A stretch of 64,000 nt of DNA from an uncultured Bacteroidales bacterium (GCA_964346725.1 CAYFVM010000003.1:83658-147657), one strand, 5' to 3'. Counted from the stretch's first letter, positions 38,795 to 49,519 are shown. Notes: a model not told the origin generated them from the letters alone. Made by a program: numbers and translations.

Positions 38795-40593
38795 ACAAGA
38801 GAAATTCTTCCGTATTATTTTGTGTTGTTTTTCTGCTTGCAACATTTTCATTGTCAGCGGGAAACCCTCCCAAATACACTCAAAAAAAACCTTATCCGAA
38901 ATTTACAGAAGCAGATAGTCTTCATGGCTATTTGAGTCCGGCTCGTAGTTGTTATGATGTTAGATTTTATGATATAGCTGTTGATATAAATCCGCAAACA
39001 GAATACATTGTAGGTAAGGTAACAATGGATATTAATTTTATTGATATGCAGCAACGCACTATCCAAATAGATTTGTCTTCAAAATTAACTATTGATTCAA
39101 TCTATCTTGATGGTAAAAAATGTACTTACTCACGAAAATACAATGCCGTTTATATTAGTTTAAATCAATTATACGAAGCTAACAAAACATACGAACTTAC
39201 TTGTTGGTACCAAGGTTCTCCCATGAAAGCAAACCGACCGCCATGGGAAGCGGGCATGGTTTGGAAAACTTCAAAAGACGGAAATCCGTGGTTTGGAATA
39301 ACGTGTGAGACATTAGGTGCAAGTTGTTGGATACCTTGTAAAGATCACTTATCTGACGAACCAGAACAAGGAATGAGAATGCAAGTCTCGGTTCCTAAAG
39401 ATTTAGTTGTAGTTTCCAACGGAAGATTGCAATCACATGAAACTATTGCTGACAAGGAAGTTTGGACATGGCAAACAAATTATCCGATAAATAGTTATAA
39501 TATGACATTCTATTGCGGAAATTTTGTCCATTTTGGCGAGGAATATAAGGGAGTAGAAGCAACGTTTCCTCTAGATTTTTATGTTTTACCTGAGGATTTA
39601 GAAAAAGCAAAGGTATCATTTGCACAAGCAAAAGATGTGATTGCGGTATATGAAAAATTTTACGGTCCGTATCCATGGGCTGATGAGGGATATAAACTTG
39701 TAGGAAGTCCGTATGAAGGTATGGAACACCAAACTGCCATAGCATATGGCAGTGGATTCAAAAACATGTTTGGCTTCGACTATATTATTGTGCATGAAAC
39801 AGCCCATGAATGGTGGGGAAATTCAATAACTGTTGATGATTACGCCGAAGTGTTTATTCACGAAGGTTTTGCAATGTATTCTGAGTTTTTGTATGTAGAG
39901 CAAAAATTTGGTATAGATGCAGTCAATACCTATATACAAATCTGGGCTCAAACAATGAAAAACATTCGCCCGGTGGTTGGTCCACGTGATGTAAATTTCT
40001 GGGATTATCACGACACCGATCCGTATGTAAAAGGAGCATGGACGCTTCATGGGTTGCGTTATTTGATAGACAATGATAGTTTGTTTTACGACATAATTAA
40101 AACGTATTATTCAACTCGGAAATATTCAATAGTTACCGTGGCAGATTTTACCGATTTTGTAAACGAAAAAACAGGAAAGGATTATTCTTGGTATTTTAAC
40201 CAATACTTGCATAGCGCTTCGTGTCCCGTGTTGAAATACCGATGGATACCACTTAAAGAAATATCAAAATACAAAAAACAGGTTACGTATAGTATACAAA
40301 ATGAAGATTCAACATTGTCAACTGGATATGCGTATTTGCAGATGTGGTGGGAAAACGTGGATTCTTCTTTTACTATGCCGATTTCTTTATATTCAAAAAA
40401 CAATGATTCTACGTCATACAAAGATGTTTTGTTCCATGACAAAGACAACAACACAACAGTAAACCGATTACCCGTCACAACTGAAGGTATAGTTGTTGTG
40501 TCTACGAATACAGATAATCCTATTTATTTTAGCTTAAATAAAGCGTATTATAAAATTGAGCACGAAAAGAAATATAAACATAAAAAGAAATGA
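38788..40593 (+). CDS. M1-family metallopeptidase (aminopeptidase N-like)
   Basis: GMEHQ exopeptidase-like motif and zinc site HETAHEWWGN...E. Has a signal peptide. Confidence 0.85.
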   Translation: MVNKRNSSVLFCVVFLLATFSLSAGNPPKYTQKKPYPKFTEADSLHGYLSPARSCYDVRFYDIAVDINPQTEYIVGKVTMDINFIDMQQRTIQIDLSSKLTIDSIYLDGKKCTYSRKYNAVYISLNQLYEANKTYELTCWYQGSPMKANRPPWEAGMVWKTSKDGNPWFGITCETLGASCWIPCKDHLSDEPEQGMRMQVSVPKDLVVVSNGRLQSHETIADKEVWTWQTNYPINSYNMTFYCGNFVHFGEEYKGVEATFPLDFYVLPEDLEKAKVSFAQAKDVIAVYEKFYGPYPWADEGYKLVGSPYEGMEHQTAIAYGSGFKNMFGFDYIIVHETAHEWWGNSITVDDYAEVFIHEGFAMYSEFLYVEQKFGIDAVNTYIQIWAQTMKNIRPVVGPRDVNFWDYHDTDPYVKGAWTLHGLRYLIDNDSLFYDIIKTYYSTRKYSIVTVADFTDFVNEKTGKDYSWYFNQYLHSASCPVLKYRWIPLKEISKYKKQVTYSIQNEDSTLSTGYAYLQMWWENVDSSFTMPISLYSKNNDSTSYKDVLFHDKDNNTTVNRLPVTTEGIVVVSTNTDNPIYFSLNKAYYKIEHEKKYKHKKK

Positions 40594-41906
40594 GTGAGAA
40601 AACAGTATTTTCAAGAGACATTGTAGATAAAGCGTTGGCAGAAAATGGAATAGCTGATGTTTCAAAAGCTTCAATACGACAAATTGTAAAAGTTGTTCGC
40701 GATATAGAAAAAGCAACCGGCGATGAGTTTGTGAAAATGGAAATGGGTGTACCGGGTTTGCCTCCTGCACAAGTTGGTGTAGAAGCAGAAATTGAAGCAT
40801 TGAAAAACGGTTGTGCGTCTATCTATCCTCCTATAGAAGGTATGTATGAGCTAAAAGAACAAATGTCATTGTTCGTTAAAAATTTCCTTGATATAAAAGT
40901 ATCTCCAGAATCTTGTGTACCGACCGTTGGTTCAATGCAAGCAAGTTTTGCTGCATTTCTAACTGTTGGCCGTCGCGATGCAAAAAAGACCAAAATACTC
41001 TTCATAGACCCTGGATTCCCAGTACAAAAGCAACAACTTCAGATGATGGGTATTCCCTATGAAACATTTGATGTCTTTAATTATAGAGGAGAAGCATTGC
41101 GCGGAAAATTGGAATCATATTGCAAAAAAGGCGACATTGCTACAATTGTATATTCTAGTCCAAACAATCCTTCTTGGATTTCGTTTAGTGATGCCGAATT
41201 GAAAATTATTGGAGAAATTGCCAACACATATGATGTTGTAATTATTGAAGATTTGGCCTATTTCGCTATGGATTTTCGAAAAGATTACGGCAATCCTGGT
41301 GTGCCACCATACCAACCAACGGTAGCGAAATATACAGACAGCTATATTTTGTTAATATCTGCTTCAAAGGCATTTAGTTATGCTGGACAACGAATTGCAT
41401 CGTTAGTCATTTCAGATACATTATATGAAATGAAATTTCCGGATTTACTTCGTTTCTATGCGCAAGAAGAATTGGGACGTGCCATGATATATGGTGCTGT
41501 GTATGCCTTGACATCTGGAACTGCATTTTCAGCTCAATATGCGTTTACTGCTATTTTGAAAGCAGTAAACAATGGTACTTACAATTTCAGAAACGACATT
41601 TTAGAATATGGGAAACGTGCAAAACAAATGAAAGACATCTTTGTGCAAAATGGGTTTGAAATTGTGTATGATTCCGATATGGAAGAACCGGTAGGCGATG
41701 GTTTTTATTTCACCGTTGGATATCCGGGAATGACCGGTGGCGAACTGCTCGCTGAATTATTGTACTATGGCGTAAGTGCCATTACATTGGACATTACAGG
41801 TAGCGATCGTCAAGGATTGCGTGCTTGTACATCACAAATGTCACAACACAAAATAGATTTGTTGCGTGATAGAGCTAAATTATTCAATGAGAATCATAAA
41901 AAATAG
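40590..41906 (+). CDS. PLP-dependent aminotransferase (class I/II)
   Basis: SSPNNPS and the PLP-lysine motif SASKAFSYAGQR. ATGA overlap with the upstream gene. Confidence 0.8.
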   Translation: MSEKTVFSRDIVDKALAENGIADVSKASIRQIVKVVRDIEKATGDEFVKMEMGVPGLPPAQVGVEAEIEALKNGCASIYPPIEGMYELKEQMSLFVKNFLDIKVSPESCVPTVGSMQASFAAFLTVGRRDAKKTKILFIDPGFPVQKQQLQMMGIPYETFDVFNYRGEALRGKLESYCKKGDIATIVYSSPNNPSWISFSDAELKIIGEIANTYDVVIIEDLAYFAMDFRKDYGNPGVPPYQPTVAKYTDSYILLISASKAFSYAGQRIASLVISDTLYEMKFPDLLRFYAQEELGRAMIYGAVYALTSGTAFSAQYAFTAILKAVNNGTYNFRNDILEYGKRAKQMKDIFVQNGFEIVYDSDMEEPVGDGFYFTVGYPGMTGGELLAELLYYGVSAITLDITGSDRQGLRACTSQMSQHKIDLLRDRAKLFNENHKK

Positions 41907-41962
41907 AAGTATAATTTATTAGTAATTTTTCAGTACAAGTAAAAAGGCTGAGAAAAAAAACG

Positions 41963-41970
41963 TATTTTTG
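41963..41970 (+). promoter_or_regulatory. -7 box (TATTTTTG)
   Basis: Exact TAnnTTTG match 24 nt upstream of ATG 41995. Confidence 0.4.
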
Positions 41971-41994
41971 AGCAAATAATTTAAACAAGCGATT

Positions 41995-42258
41995 ATGGCA
42001 AATAAAAGAGATTTTAAAAAGGATGTAGATGGAGTGTTTGCAACAGTTATAGAAGAATGCTTATTTACAGCAGACGCATTTCCGGCTAAAAGAGATTCAG
42101 TAGATAAAATTATTGATGAAGTTGTTACGTTATATCAAGACACTCGTTTTGCATACAAAATGGATGGAAAAATGTCCAATAAAGCATTCTATAATGGATT
42201 GTTGACAAACTACATGGCTAAAATGAGTGAAATCATTTCCAAATTGAATGCAAAATAG
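41995..42258 (+). CDS. Small hypothetical protein (87 aa)
   Basis: It has its own -7 box and its own terminator. Helical sequence with no recognisable motif. Confidence 0.5.
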   Translation: MANKRDFKKDVDGVFATVIEECLFTADAFPAKRDSVDKIIDEVVTLYQDTRFAYKMDGKMSNKAFYNGLLTNYMAKMSEIISKLNAK

Positions 42259-42284
42259 AAATTCGTATTTTGTTTACGTTCAAT

Positions 42285-42317
42285 AAAAAAGTCCAACCTT
42301 TCGGGTTGGACTTTTTT
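42285..42317. terminator. Bidirectional rho-independent terminator
   Basis: A6-GTCCAACC-tttcg-GGTTGGAC-T6 between convergent genes. Confidence 0.8.
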
Positions 42318-42681
42318 ATGCCTTCCAGAATACAAATACGATAGCCATAATCGCGAATGCTGCCAAATGATTCCAGGCTATTTTTTCTCTTTGAAAAAGA
42401 ATGTTTGCAATTATGCAAAATACAAAAATTGATAAAACTTCTTGAATAACTTTTAACTGTAATAGAGTGTAGGTACCACCGGAACCGACGAATCCAATTC
42501 GGTTTGCAGGAACTTGAAAACAGTATTCAAAGAATGCAATTCCCCAACTAAATAAAATAACGGCAATTAACGGCCAATGAGACGAAATACCAAGTTCATT
42601 CATTTTGAGGTGACCATACCAAGCTAATGTCATGAATACATTGGACATAAGCAATAATGCGATAGGTAAAATATAGTACAT
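42316..42681 (-). CDS. DMT-superfamily small membrane protein (DUF486-like)
   Basis: 121 aa with four TM helices. N-terminus MYYILPIALLLMSNVFMTLAWYGHLK. Confidence 0.7.
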   Translation of the reverse strand: MYYILPIALLLMSNVFMTLAWYGHLKMNELGISSHWPLIAVILFSWGIAFFEYCFQVPANRIGFVGSGGTYTLLQLKVIQEVLSIFVFCIIANILFQREKIAWNHLAAFAIMAIVFVFWKA

Positions 42682-42692
42682 TGTATGGATAT

Positions 42693-42727
42693 TAAAAAAG
42701 AGTCAGGGTTAAAATAACTCTGACTCT
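42693..42727 (-). terminator. Rho-independent terminator after the giant ORF
   Basis: Minus strand: AGAGTCAG-loop-CTGACTCT followed by T6, 20 nt after stop 42747. Confidence 0.7.
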
Positions 42728-42746
42728 TTGGTTGTATTAGTATTGT

Positions 42747-45700
42747 TTATTCGTAATCATCATATTCGTCTTCAATAACTTCTTCCTTCTGTTTCTTTGG
42801 CTTATCTGCTTGCTCTTCAGGATCTGGAAGATCTGGCATTACGTCAAGATAAGGTCTGTTTTTACGGAAACGTTCAACAAATGTTCGTTTGAGAGCATCT
42901 CCACCAACTTCGTATTTGTATGGAGTTTCTTTTTTGTCAACTTTCATGATGCGTTTAGTTTCTTTTACATCATTTATAGCTTGCATAAGAACTTTATCGC
43001 TCTCGCTGGTTACAAACTGCATGTTGCCATCACTGTAGTTAAAGAACACCCATTTGTCATTGCTAATTTCCAAATAACAGGTAAAGATATCTCCATCGTA
43101 CAAGTTAGCGTATTCAACGAAACCATTTACCATACGGTTTACGAGAGTGTTTCCAATGCTAAATATGCCGATTTGTCCGGTAGAACGATATGAGTGAGCT
43201 GCGGAATCCCATACCATATCAAGTTTTGAGAAAGAAATTGTATGTTCCATTTCTTTCGGCAACTTACGCATATTACCATACAATTGTATTTCAGCCAAGT
43301 ATTCATCAGCTTTTGCTTTTCCAAGCATTTCTGAAAAACCTTTCTTAAATGAAGCAGTTGTCATGTTTACACTTTTGAGTTGTGAACTTTTTGTACTCAT
43401 ATTCAATGTATCGGCAATACGTTTCAAAACTCCATCGTCAAACATGAAATCAACCGTACTGAAAGTTTCCAAGGTAACACGTCCCGATGTCATATTGTTG
43501 ATAACCGATCCGTATGTTCCAATTTTTACTTGACCAAAATCAACACCAAGATTTAAAGAACCTTCGCCATTGGTGTTACAATATTCTCTGTGATAAGAAA
43601 TTAAATTACCACTTTGCGTTGGGTCAAGTATTTTCTCTTTAGAACCTACTTTGTACATACGTGAAGCATTGTCATAATACAAGTATCCATTAGCACTAAT
43701 CATTGGTATATCTTGCGGATTGCTTTTAGCAGAAGTAAATGCCGTGTAGATACCCGTTGGACGTACGTTCGTGTATATAGATGCACCAACTGCAGTAGAA
43801 TCAACATCAAACATATTGTCGCTTACAGGTATGAAAATTTCTGCAGGATTGATTTCTCCTGAAAAACCGAACCACAATGGTTTTATAAGACCACATTCGT
43901 TTGCAATTAAGACATTACCATCAAACACCAAATATTGTTGAGTTGAATTCATACGATAGTCGCCATAGAAACTATATACAGATGAAAGTTTGAAATCATC
44001 ATCCGCAGCAAGAGTTCCTGTTCCATAGGTATGAAATGCAGAATCCACTTTGATTTTGCTCAATGGGAGTGGATGTTTCACTTTTGTTTCATCAATGTAA
44101 TCGTACATACCATGTCCTGAAAAATTGTTACGTCCTTTTACAAAGAATGTTGCATCGTACACTGAATGGTATTTATTATCACGACTTGCTACCAATTTCG
44201 CATTGCGAAGTGTATCCATATAAGCTTCGCTGCGAATATTAATTAAGCTATCTTTGTTTGGTACTATTCGCGAGTCGGCAACATCAATATAAGGAACTTT
44301 GTGTGCAGACACTACATAGTTTTTTAAATCATATGAAGCGTAAGGAGAAAGGAAGTTCAATGTATCTTGTTTTGGATGAACAGAGTAAAAATGCAAGTCG
44401 CATTTGTCTGTATTTAAGTCTTTGAAATCACCCAAGGCAATTTGTTTTGTGGTCATATCCCAGGTGAATTTAGTAAGGTAGCAGACATACATGTTTCTTG
44501 GCAACTGAACTAACGAAAGGCTATCGTTGGTTGTGAAGTTCGCTTTTTTCGTTGTGTAATCAATGTTTGCTTTTACGTTTTTCGTTTTGAATGCGAGTTC
44601 GTCAAGTGCGCCACCTTGTGTCAATAAATCAAAATCGGCAGAATCGGCATTAACGATTTTCTCCTTAAATTGAAATTTATTTGACGTAATCAAAGCTTCG
44701 CTGAATTTGTATTTTCCAAAACCGCCCAAACCGGTAGGAGTATGAATCAAACCACCTGAAAGAGTAGTGGTATCGCCATACATTTTGAAGGCTGTGCCAG
44801 TTTCTACAGCATACATTTTGTTTTCATATGGTTCCCAATGGATAGCAATGTTTTCGCCTTTCACGCTAGGAGATTCCGGTGTTAGGGTTGCATTTTGTTG
44901 TGCTATATCAAATTTCGTAGCAAATCCGTTGGTAGAATCTGGGAAGAAGGTATATCCCTTTGGAGCAGAGATTGATTTCGAATTTAAATAACTTAACGTT
45001 CCGAATCCGCGTAATCCTTTGAAACTTAAGTTAATAGTATCAGTAAACATACCTTTGCCTTTGTATGCTTTGTAGCCAGGTTTTCCAGTTACTTTGGTAA
45101 AGCCAAAAGAATAATCAGGTTGTACAATAACTCGTTCGCGAATATTCTCGAAGATATCGGCCGAAATTAATTCACCTTCAAAGAACAAAGCATCTGTAGA
45201 GAAGTCGTTAACACTATCAATCACGAATGGATCTACTTTATAGTAGAATTTATTACGGTCATATACACGATTGTAAATGCTTGCATAGTCGTAGTAGATG
45301 TATGAAATTTCTTTACTATTGAAAATAGGATATTGAGGGTAGTTCTTTACAGACGATTTATTGTTCTTGTCATCAATTTGAATATCACCGGTCACGTGTT
45401 CAATTGAGTTCTTGATTTGTACAAAATCCTTGACTCCATATTGGTTTTCGGTAAAACTTCTAACTTTAATTTTAAGAGAATCTACATTTTTCAAGTTGAT
45501 TTTGAATTCTTCATAGTTAAAATCAAAACCACGTCCGTAGAACGTAAACAAACCGGTTTCAATAATACCATCAAATTCGAAATTTCTGTTTTTGTACATC
45601 GTCAATTGGCTACCACGAGGGTAAAATACCACATTTTGAGAGTCGGAAACTTGAATTTTGGAAACACCAATCATTTTTAATTCCTTATTGCTCAAATCAA

Positions 45701-47342
45701 ATGTTGCATTTGACATTCCTTTCATGTTATGTTCTGATTCAAAACGAATTACATCGTAGTCAATCTTTCCAACTACTGCGTCAAGATATTCATATGTACG
45801 AGGTTTAATTTTGACCATTTGCGTTTTTGAATCATAATCAATCAAACCGCGGAATGATAAATCCAAACAAAGGTGAATAGCCGCAGATTCGGGCATTCTC
45901 ATGTATGAAGCATATTGTCTAACGCTGAACGTCTCTGTTTTCTTTTCTTTACTCATTCTGCGAAGTGCTACAAGAGGGTGAATTTGGTTGTTCATACCTA
46001 TTTCCATGTAGCGTGCTTCTCTAAAGTAGTTAGCTGATTCAAAGGTAGCTTTGCTCAAGTTTGTTCCTTCAAGACCGCCCATTTGCATTTCTGGGTTGTC
46101 AATTTGCCAAGTAAGTTGTTGAAAATCCATATCAAGCATGTGATATGAGTCGAAGTAGGGACTTCGTGACAAGTTTTCGGTATCACCATTTCGAATAAGA
46201 TTTACCGTACGATTAGTAACGTTGTAACGGAAAAGCAATCCCGGATGGTAGATAGAATCTTGCTCTGCGTAAATGCTTATAGATGCATTTCTACTGCTTA
46301 TTATATTTTTTTTGAATGTATAGTTTAAAGAATGAGTCTGGAAAATCAATTTACTATTGTTTGTAAAACGCAAAATAGCAGGCTCCTTAGTTGTACCGGA
46401 ACCAATGAAATTAGATCCGTTCATACTAAATCCACCTTGATAGTCAACGCCAGGATAGATATCTTTTATAATAAATTGATTCTTGTATGATTTGAATTGA
46501 GGATAGGTAACTTCGGAAGGAGATTTAACATTTATAGGTCTGTCTTCTAATGTTCCCAAAATGCGGTCTTGATAGTAGCTATCGTTTGTAAACCAAACAG
46601 AATCAGCTTTATATGTCTGTTTTGTTACATCTATTTTATAATTGCTTAATTCTGCAAATACCGCTTCGCTATTGAATTCTGAACGTTCCCAAGTTACTTT
46701 TCCAGCGTTTCCAACCCAAATATTATCAAATGGTAAGAAATAGCCATTTGCTTGGTAAATCATAAAAGAATTGCCTGTAGAAGTACATTGTAGATTGGTT
46801 GGAGGCATTACCAACTTTGCTTCATTGTTTTCAAATACAAAAGAGAATGATTTTACACGAAGAAGAGTCCATGACAATGTGGTATTGCTATATAATTCAT
46901 GATTAGTGAGAAGTTTGAGCGTTTGTTCACAGAAATCGTCCGCTTTTTTCAATGACTTTGTTTTCAATAAATAATTGTAGGCATTGTCCCAAGCGTGATA
47001 ACTTTCATTTGTTTGTTCGGTTAAATAAAATTGTTCTACCGTTTGCAAAAAATTGTAAAAATGTGGAGTTGGTTTCCCATATTTTTTCAAAAGATTGTTT
47101 GACGTTTCAACAATACGACTTTTATCTTCTCGTTCGATAACACCTGAATCCCATGTCTTTTTAAATTGTTTGAGATACTTATTCAGTGTTTTGCTTTGAG
47201 CCGAATTAGAAAAGAATTGTTCCAATTGTTGGAAATACAATGTTTCATCATCGGCAAATTTCTTTATTTGCTGGGCATTTGAAATAAGTGCAGCACACAA
47301 AAAAGCGCCGATTAGTACTATTTGTTTTAGTCGTGTTATCAT
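42747..47342 (-). CDS. Giant secreted hypothetical protein (1531 aa)
   Basis: Uninterrupted 4.6-kb ORF. Signal peptide MITRLKQIVLIGAFLCAALISNAQQ and an acidic C-terminal tail (EEVIEDEYDDYE). The sequence is beta-rich with no internal repeats or recognisable catalytic motifs. Its start is 1 nt after the prmA stop. Confidence 0.75.
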   Translation of the reverse strand: MITRLKQIVLIGAFLCAALISNAQQIKKFADDETLYFQQLEQFFSNSAQSKTLNKYLKQFKKTWDSGVIEREDKSRIVETSNNLLKKYGKPTPHFYNFLQTVEQFYLTEQTNESYHAWDNAYNYLLKTKSLKKADDFCEQTLKLLTNHELYSNTTLSWTLLRVKSFSFVFENNEAKLVMPPTNLQCTSTGNSFMIYQANGYFLPFDNIWVGNAGKVTWERSEFNSEAVFAELSNYKIDVTKQTYKADSVWFTNDSYYQDRILGTLEDRPINVKSPSEVTYPQFKSYKNQFIIKDIYPGVDYQGGFSMNGSNFIGSGTTKEPAILRFTNNSKLIFQTHSLNYTFKKNIISSRNASISIYAEQDSIYHPGLLFRYNVTNRTVNLIRNGDTENLSRSPYFDSYHMLDMDFQQLTWQIDNPEMQMGGLEGTNLSKATFESANYFREARYMEIGMNNQIHPLVALRRMSKEKKTETFSVRQYASYMRMPESAAIHLCLDLSFRGLIDYDSKTQMVKIKPRTYEYLDAVVGKIDYDVIRFESEHNMKGMSNATFDLSNKELKMIGVSKIQVSDSQNVVFYPRGSQLTMYKNRNFEFDGIIETGLFTFYGRGFDFNYEEFKINLKNVDSLKIKVRSFTENQYGVKDFVQIKNSIEHVTGDIQIDDKNNKSSVKNYPQYPIFNSKEISYIYYDYASIYNRVYDRNKFYYKVDPFVIDSVNDFSTDALFFEGELISADIFENIRERVIVQPDYSFGFTKVTGKPGYKAYKGKGMFTDTINLSFKGLRGFGTLSYLNSKSISAPKGYTFFPDSTNGFATKFDIAQQNATLTPESPSVKGENIAIHWEPYENKMYAVETGTAFKMYGDTTTLSGGLIHTPTGLGGFGKYKFSEALITSNKFQFKEKIVNADSADFDLLTQGGALDELAFKTKNVKANIDYTTKKANFTTNDSLSLVQLPRNMYVCYLTKFTWDMTTKQIALGDFKDLNTDKCDLHFYSVHPKQDTLNFLSPYASYDLKNYVVSAHKVPYIDVADSRIVPNKDSLINIRSEAYMDTLRNAKLVASRDNKYHSVYDATFFVKGRNNFSGHGMYDYIDETKVKHPLPLSKIKVDSAFHTYGTGTLAADDDFKLSSVYSFYGDYRMNSTQQYLVFDGNVLIANECGLIKPLWFGFSGEINPAEIFIPVSDNMFDVDSTAVGASIYTNVRPTGIYTAFTSAKSNPQDIPMISANGYLYYDNASRMYKVGSKEKILDPTQSGNLISYHREYCNTNGEGSLNLGVDFGQVKIGTYGSVINNMTSGRVTLETFSTVDFMFDDGVLKRIADTLNMSTKSSQLKSVNMTTASFKKGFSEMLGKAKADEYLAEIQLYGNMRKLPKEMEHTISFSKLDMVWDSAAHSYRSTGQIGIFSIGNTLVNRMVNGFVEYANLYDGDIFTCYLEISNDKWVFFNYSDGNMQFVTSESDKVLMQAINDVKETKRIMKVDKKETPYKYEVGGDALKRTFVERFRKNRPYLDVMPDLPDPEEQADKPKKQKEEVIEDEYDDYE

Positions 47343-47343
47343 A

Positions 47344-48183
47344 TTATTCTTTTATAAAAGTTAATAGAGTCCAATTATTTTTTGCTGTATTTGCAGTGAG
47401 TTGTAAACCAAATTTTATTGCTATTTCGCAGATATCGTCAACATCTTCGGAATAAAATCCGCTTAACATTACAATTCCATTGGGAGTTGCTGCTTGTGAA
47501 AGGTAGTGCATATTAGCAATTAAGATATTTTTATTGATATTGGCTATAACGTAGTTATATTGCTTTCTTTCAAGGATTTCCAATCCTGCATTTTCTATGG
47601 TTATATTGTTAGTGCAATTTAGTTGCGCATTATGTTTTGTGTTACGTACACAGCCTGAATCTGTATCAAATGCAAATATATTAGATGCTCCAATTTGAGC
47701 AGCAAAAATTCCCAAAATACCAGTTCCACAACCACAATCGGACACTGTTTTTCCTTTGAAATCAAAAGAAAGCATTGTTTCTAAAATAAGTGAAGTGGTT
47801 TCATGTGTACCCGAACCAAATGACATTTCAGGTTGTATAATAATTTCGTGACGATATGGTTTACTCGGTTTGTAGTCTGGAATGCGGATAAGAATGTCTT
47901 TACTGATTTCTACAGATTCGAATGAAGATTCCCATTCTTTGTTCCAATTTTGCCATGGAATTTTCGTGATAGTTCCCAAAGGTTTTCCTATAAGCGGTTC
48001 GGCATCGGCAAGAGTTTCCAACAAGGCTTGCTCATCAAGTAATTCACTTAGTATGTAGGCTTTGAAGCAGTCATTTTCCTCGTAAAAACTTTCAAAACCG
48101 ATTTCTGCCAAGAGAGCTGTCAATAGTTCTTTGGTTTCGGTAGTTAAGTTTTGTAATTCGCAACTATACTCGCTATAATTCAT
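47344..48183 (-). CDS. prmA: Ribosomal protein L11 methyltransferase
   Basis: SFGSGTHETT and the SAM motif DCGCGTGILGI. Confidence 0.85.
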   Translation of the reverse strand: MNYSEYSCELQNLTTETKELLTALLAEIGFESFYEENDCFKAYILSELLDEQALLETLADAEPLIGKPLGTITKIPWQNWNKEWESSFESVEISKDILIRIPDYKPSKPYRHEIIIQPEMSFGSGTHETTSLILETMLSFDFKGKTVSDCGCGTGILGIFAAQIGASNIFAFDTDSGCVRNTKHNAQLNCTNNITIENAGLEILERKQYNYVIANINKNILIANMHYLSQAATPNGIVMLSGFYSEDVDDICEIAIKFGLQLTANTAKNNWTLLTFIKE

Positions 48184-48273
48184 AGAAATAGTAAATCAAC
48201 CAAATTTCGTCTATTTTATTTTTATAGAGAAAATTAGCGAGTAGTACTTATTAACAATTTTTCTACGGAAGGC

Positions 48274-49221
48274 TTAATTTATTTGTTGATGAATAAATGA
48301 TTCTACGTTTTGATACGTAAGTTTCATTAAATCGGCAAGTGCAACATCGCTAACCCATGCTACGTGCGGTGTAATGATGAGTTTGTCTTGTATTTCGCTG
48401 TCAAGAAGTGGCGATTCTACTGGTAGAGGTTCTTGGGTCATTACGTCAACACAGGCACCGGCTATGTAGTCGTTTTTCAGGGCTTTGGCCAAAGCATCTT
48501 CTTGAATAATTCCACCACGTCCTACGTTGATTATGTATGCCGTTGATTTCATTGCTTGCAATTCGTCAAGACCAATGAGATTTTTAGTTTGCTCGTTTAA
48601 TGGAGAATGAATCGATATGATATCGGATTTGGTAAGGAGTTCTTGCTTTGAAACTTCTTCATAGTCTTTCGTGTGGTTGACGCCTGATGTAGAGTAGTAC
48701 ACAACCTTACATCCAAAAGCGGTAGCCACATTTGCCACCCGACGGCCAATGGTTCCCAAACCAATAATACCCCAGGTTCTACCGCTGAGTTGTAAAAATC
48801 CTTTTCCTATATGGGTAAATAAATCTTGATTTGAATATTCCTTTGAAGCCACATACTGGCGATAACATTCAATATTATTCATCAAACTCAAAAGCATTGC
48901 AAATGTATGTTGCACAACACTTTCGGTAGAATAACCGGCTACGTTTTTTACCGTTATTCCTTTTGTTTTTGCATATGGCAAGTCAATGTTGTTCATGCCT
49001 GTAGCTGTAAGACAAATGAGTTTTAACAAAGGACAGGCATCCATAATCTGTGCATCTATAATTACTTTGTTTGTAATGATAATAGAAGCATTTCCTATGT
49101 GTTGTAAACGCTCTTCTGGTTTCGTTTTAGCAAAAACACGTAGATTACCTAATTTTGAAAATGACTCAAAAATGGTGTTTTCGCCAATAGTGGCAGCATC
49201 AAGAATAACTATATTTTCCAT
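48274..49221 (-). CDS. D-2-hydroxyacid (glycerate-type) dehydrogenase
   Basis: NAD motif GIIGLGTIGRRVA, NVGRGG, and the catalytic ITPHVAW region. Confidence 0.85.
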   Translation of the reverse strand: MENIVILDAATIGENTIFESFSKLGNLRVFAKTKPEERLQHIGNASIIITNKVIIDAQIMDACPLLKLICLTATGMNNIDLPYAKTKGITVKNVAGYSTESVVQHTFAMLLSLMNNIECYRQYVASKEYSNQDLFTHIGKGFLQLSGRTWGIIGLGTIGRRVANVATAFGCKVVYYSTSGVNHTKDYEEVSKQELLTKSDIISIHSPLNEQTKNLIGLDELQAMKSTAYIINVGRGGIIQEDALAKALKNDYIAGACVDVMTQEPLPVESPLLDSEIQDKLIITPHVAWVSDVALADLMKLTYQNVESFIHQQIN

Positions 49222-49233
49222 ACTGAATAAGAA

Positions 49234-49268
49234 TAAAAAAGGTCGGATACATGGTATGCACCGACCTT
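49234..49268 (-). terminator. Rho-independent terminator of the ferredoxin gene
   Basis: Minus strand: AAGGTCGG-loop-CCGACCTT followed by T6. Lies about 13 nt upstream of the dehydrogenase start codon. Confidence 0.65.
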
Positions 49269-49287
49269 ACTTTTAAAAGAATGAAGA

Positions 49288-49455
49288 TTATTCTGGTTTT
49301 ATTGCACCAGTAGGACAAACTTCTTCGCAAGAACCACAGTCTGTACATTTGTCTGGGTCTATTTTGAAAATATCTCCTTCTTCAATAGCACCAGCAGGGC
49401 ATTCACCTTGACATGCACCACATGCTATACAATCTTCTGAAATTTTGTGAGCCAT
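49288..49455 (-). CDS. 2x[4Fe-4S] ferredoxin (55 aa)
   Basis: Absent from the ORF track. Minus-strand sequence is MAHKISEDCIACGACQGECPAGAIEEGDIFKIDPDKCTDCGSCEEVCPTGAIKPE, with two CxxCxxCxxxCP motifs. Confidence 0.8.
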   Translation of the reverse strand: MAHKISEDCIACGACQGECPAGAIEEGDIFKIDPDKCTDCGSCEEVCPTGAIKPE

Positions 49456-49519
49456 AATTATAAAATTTTAAATTGTTATTTTCTGTTTGCAATTATACAA
49501 AAATTCTTTTTGGGAAAGC

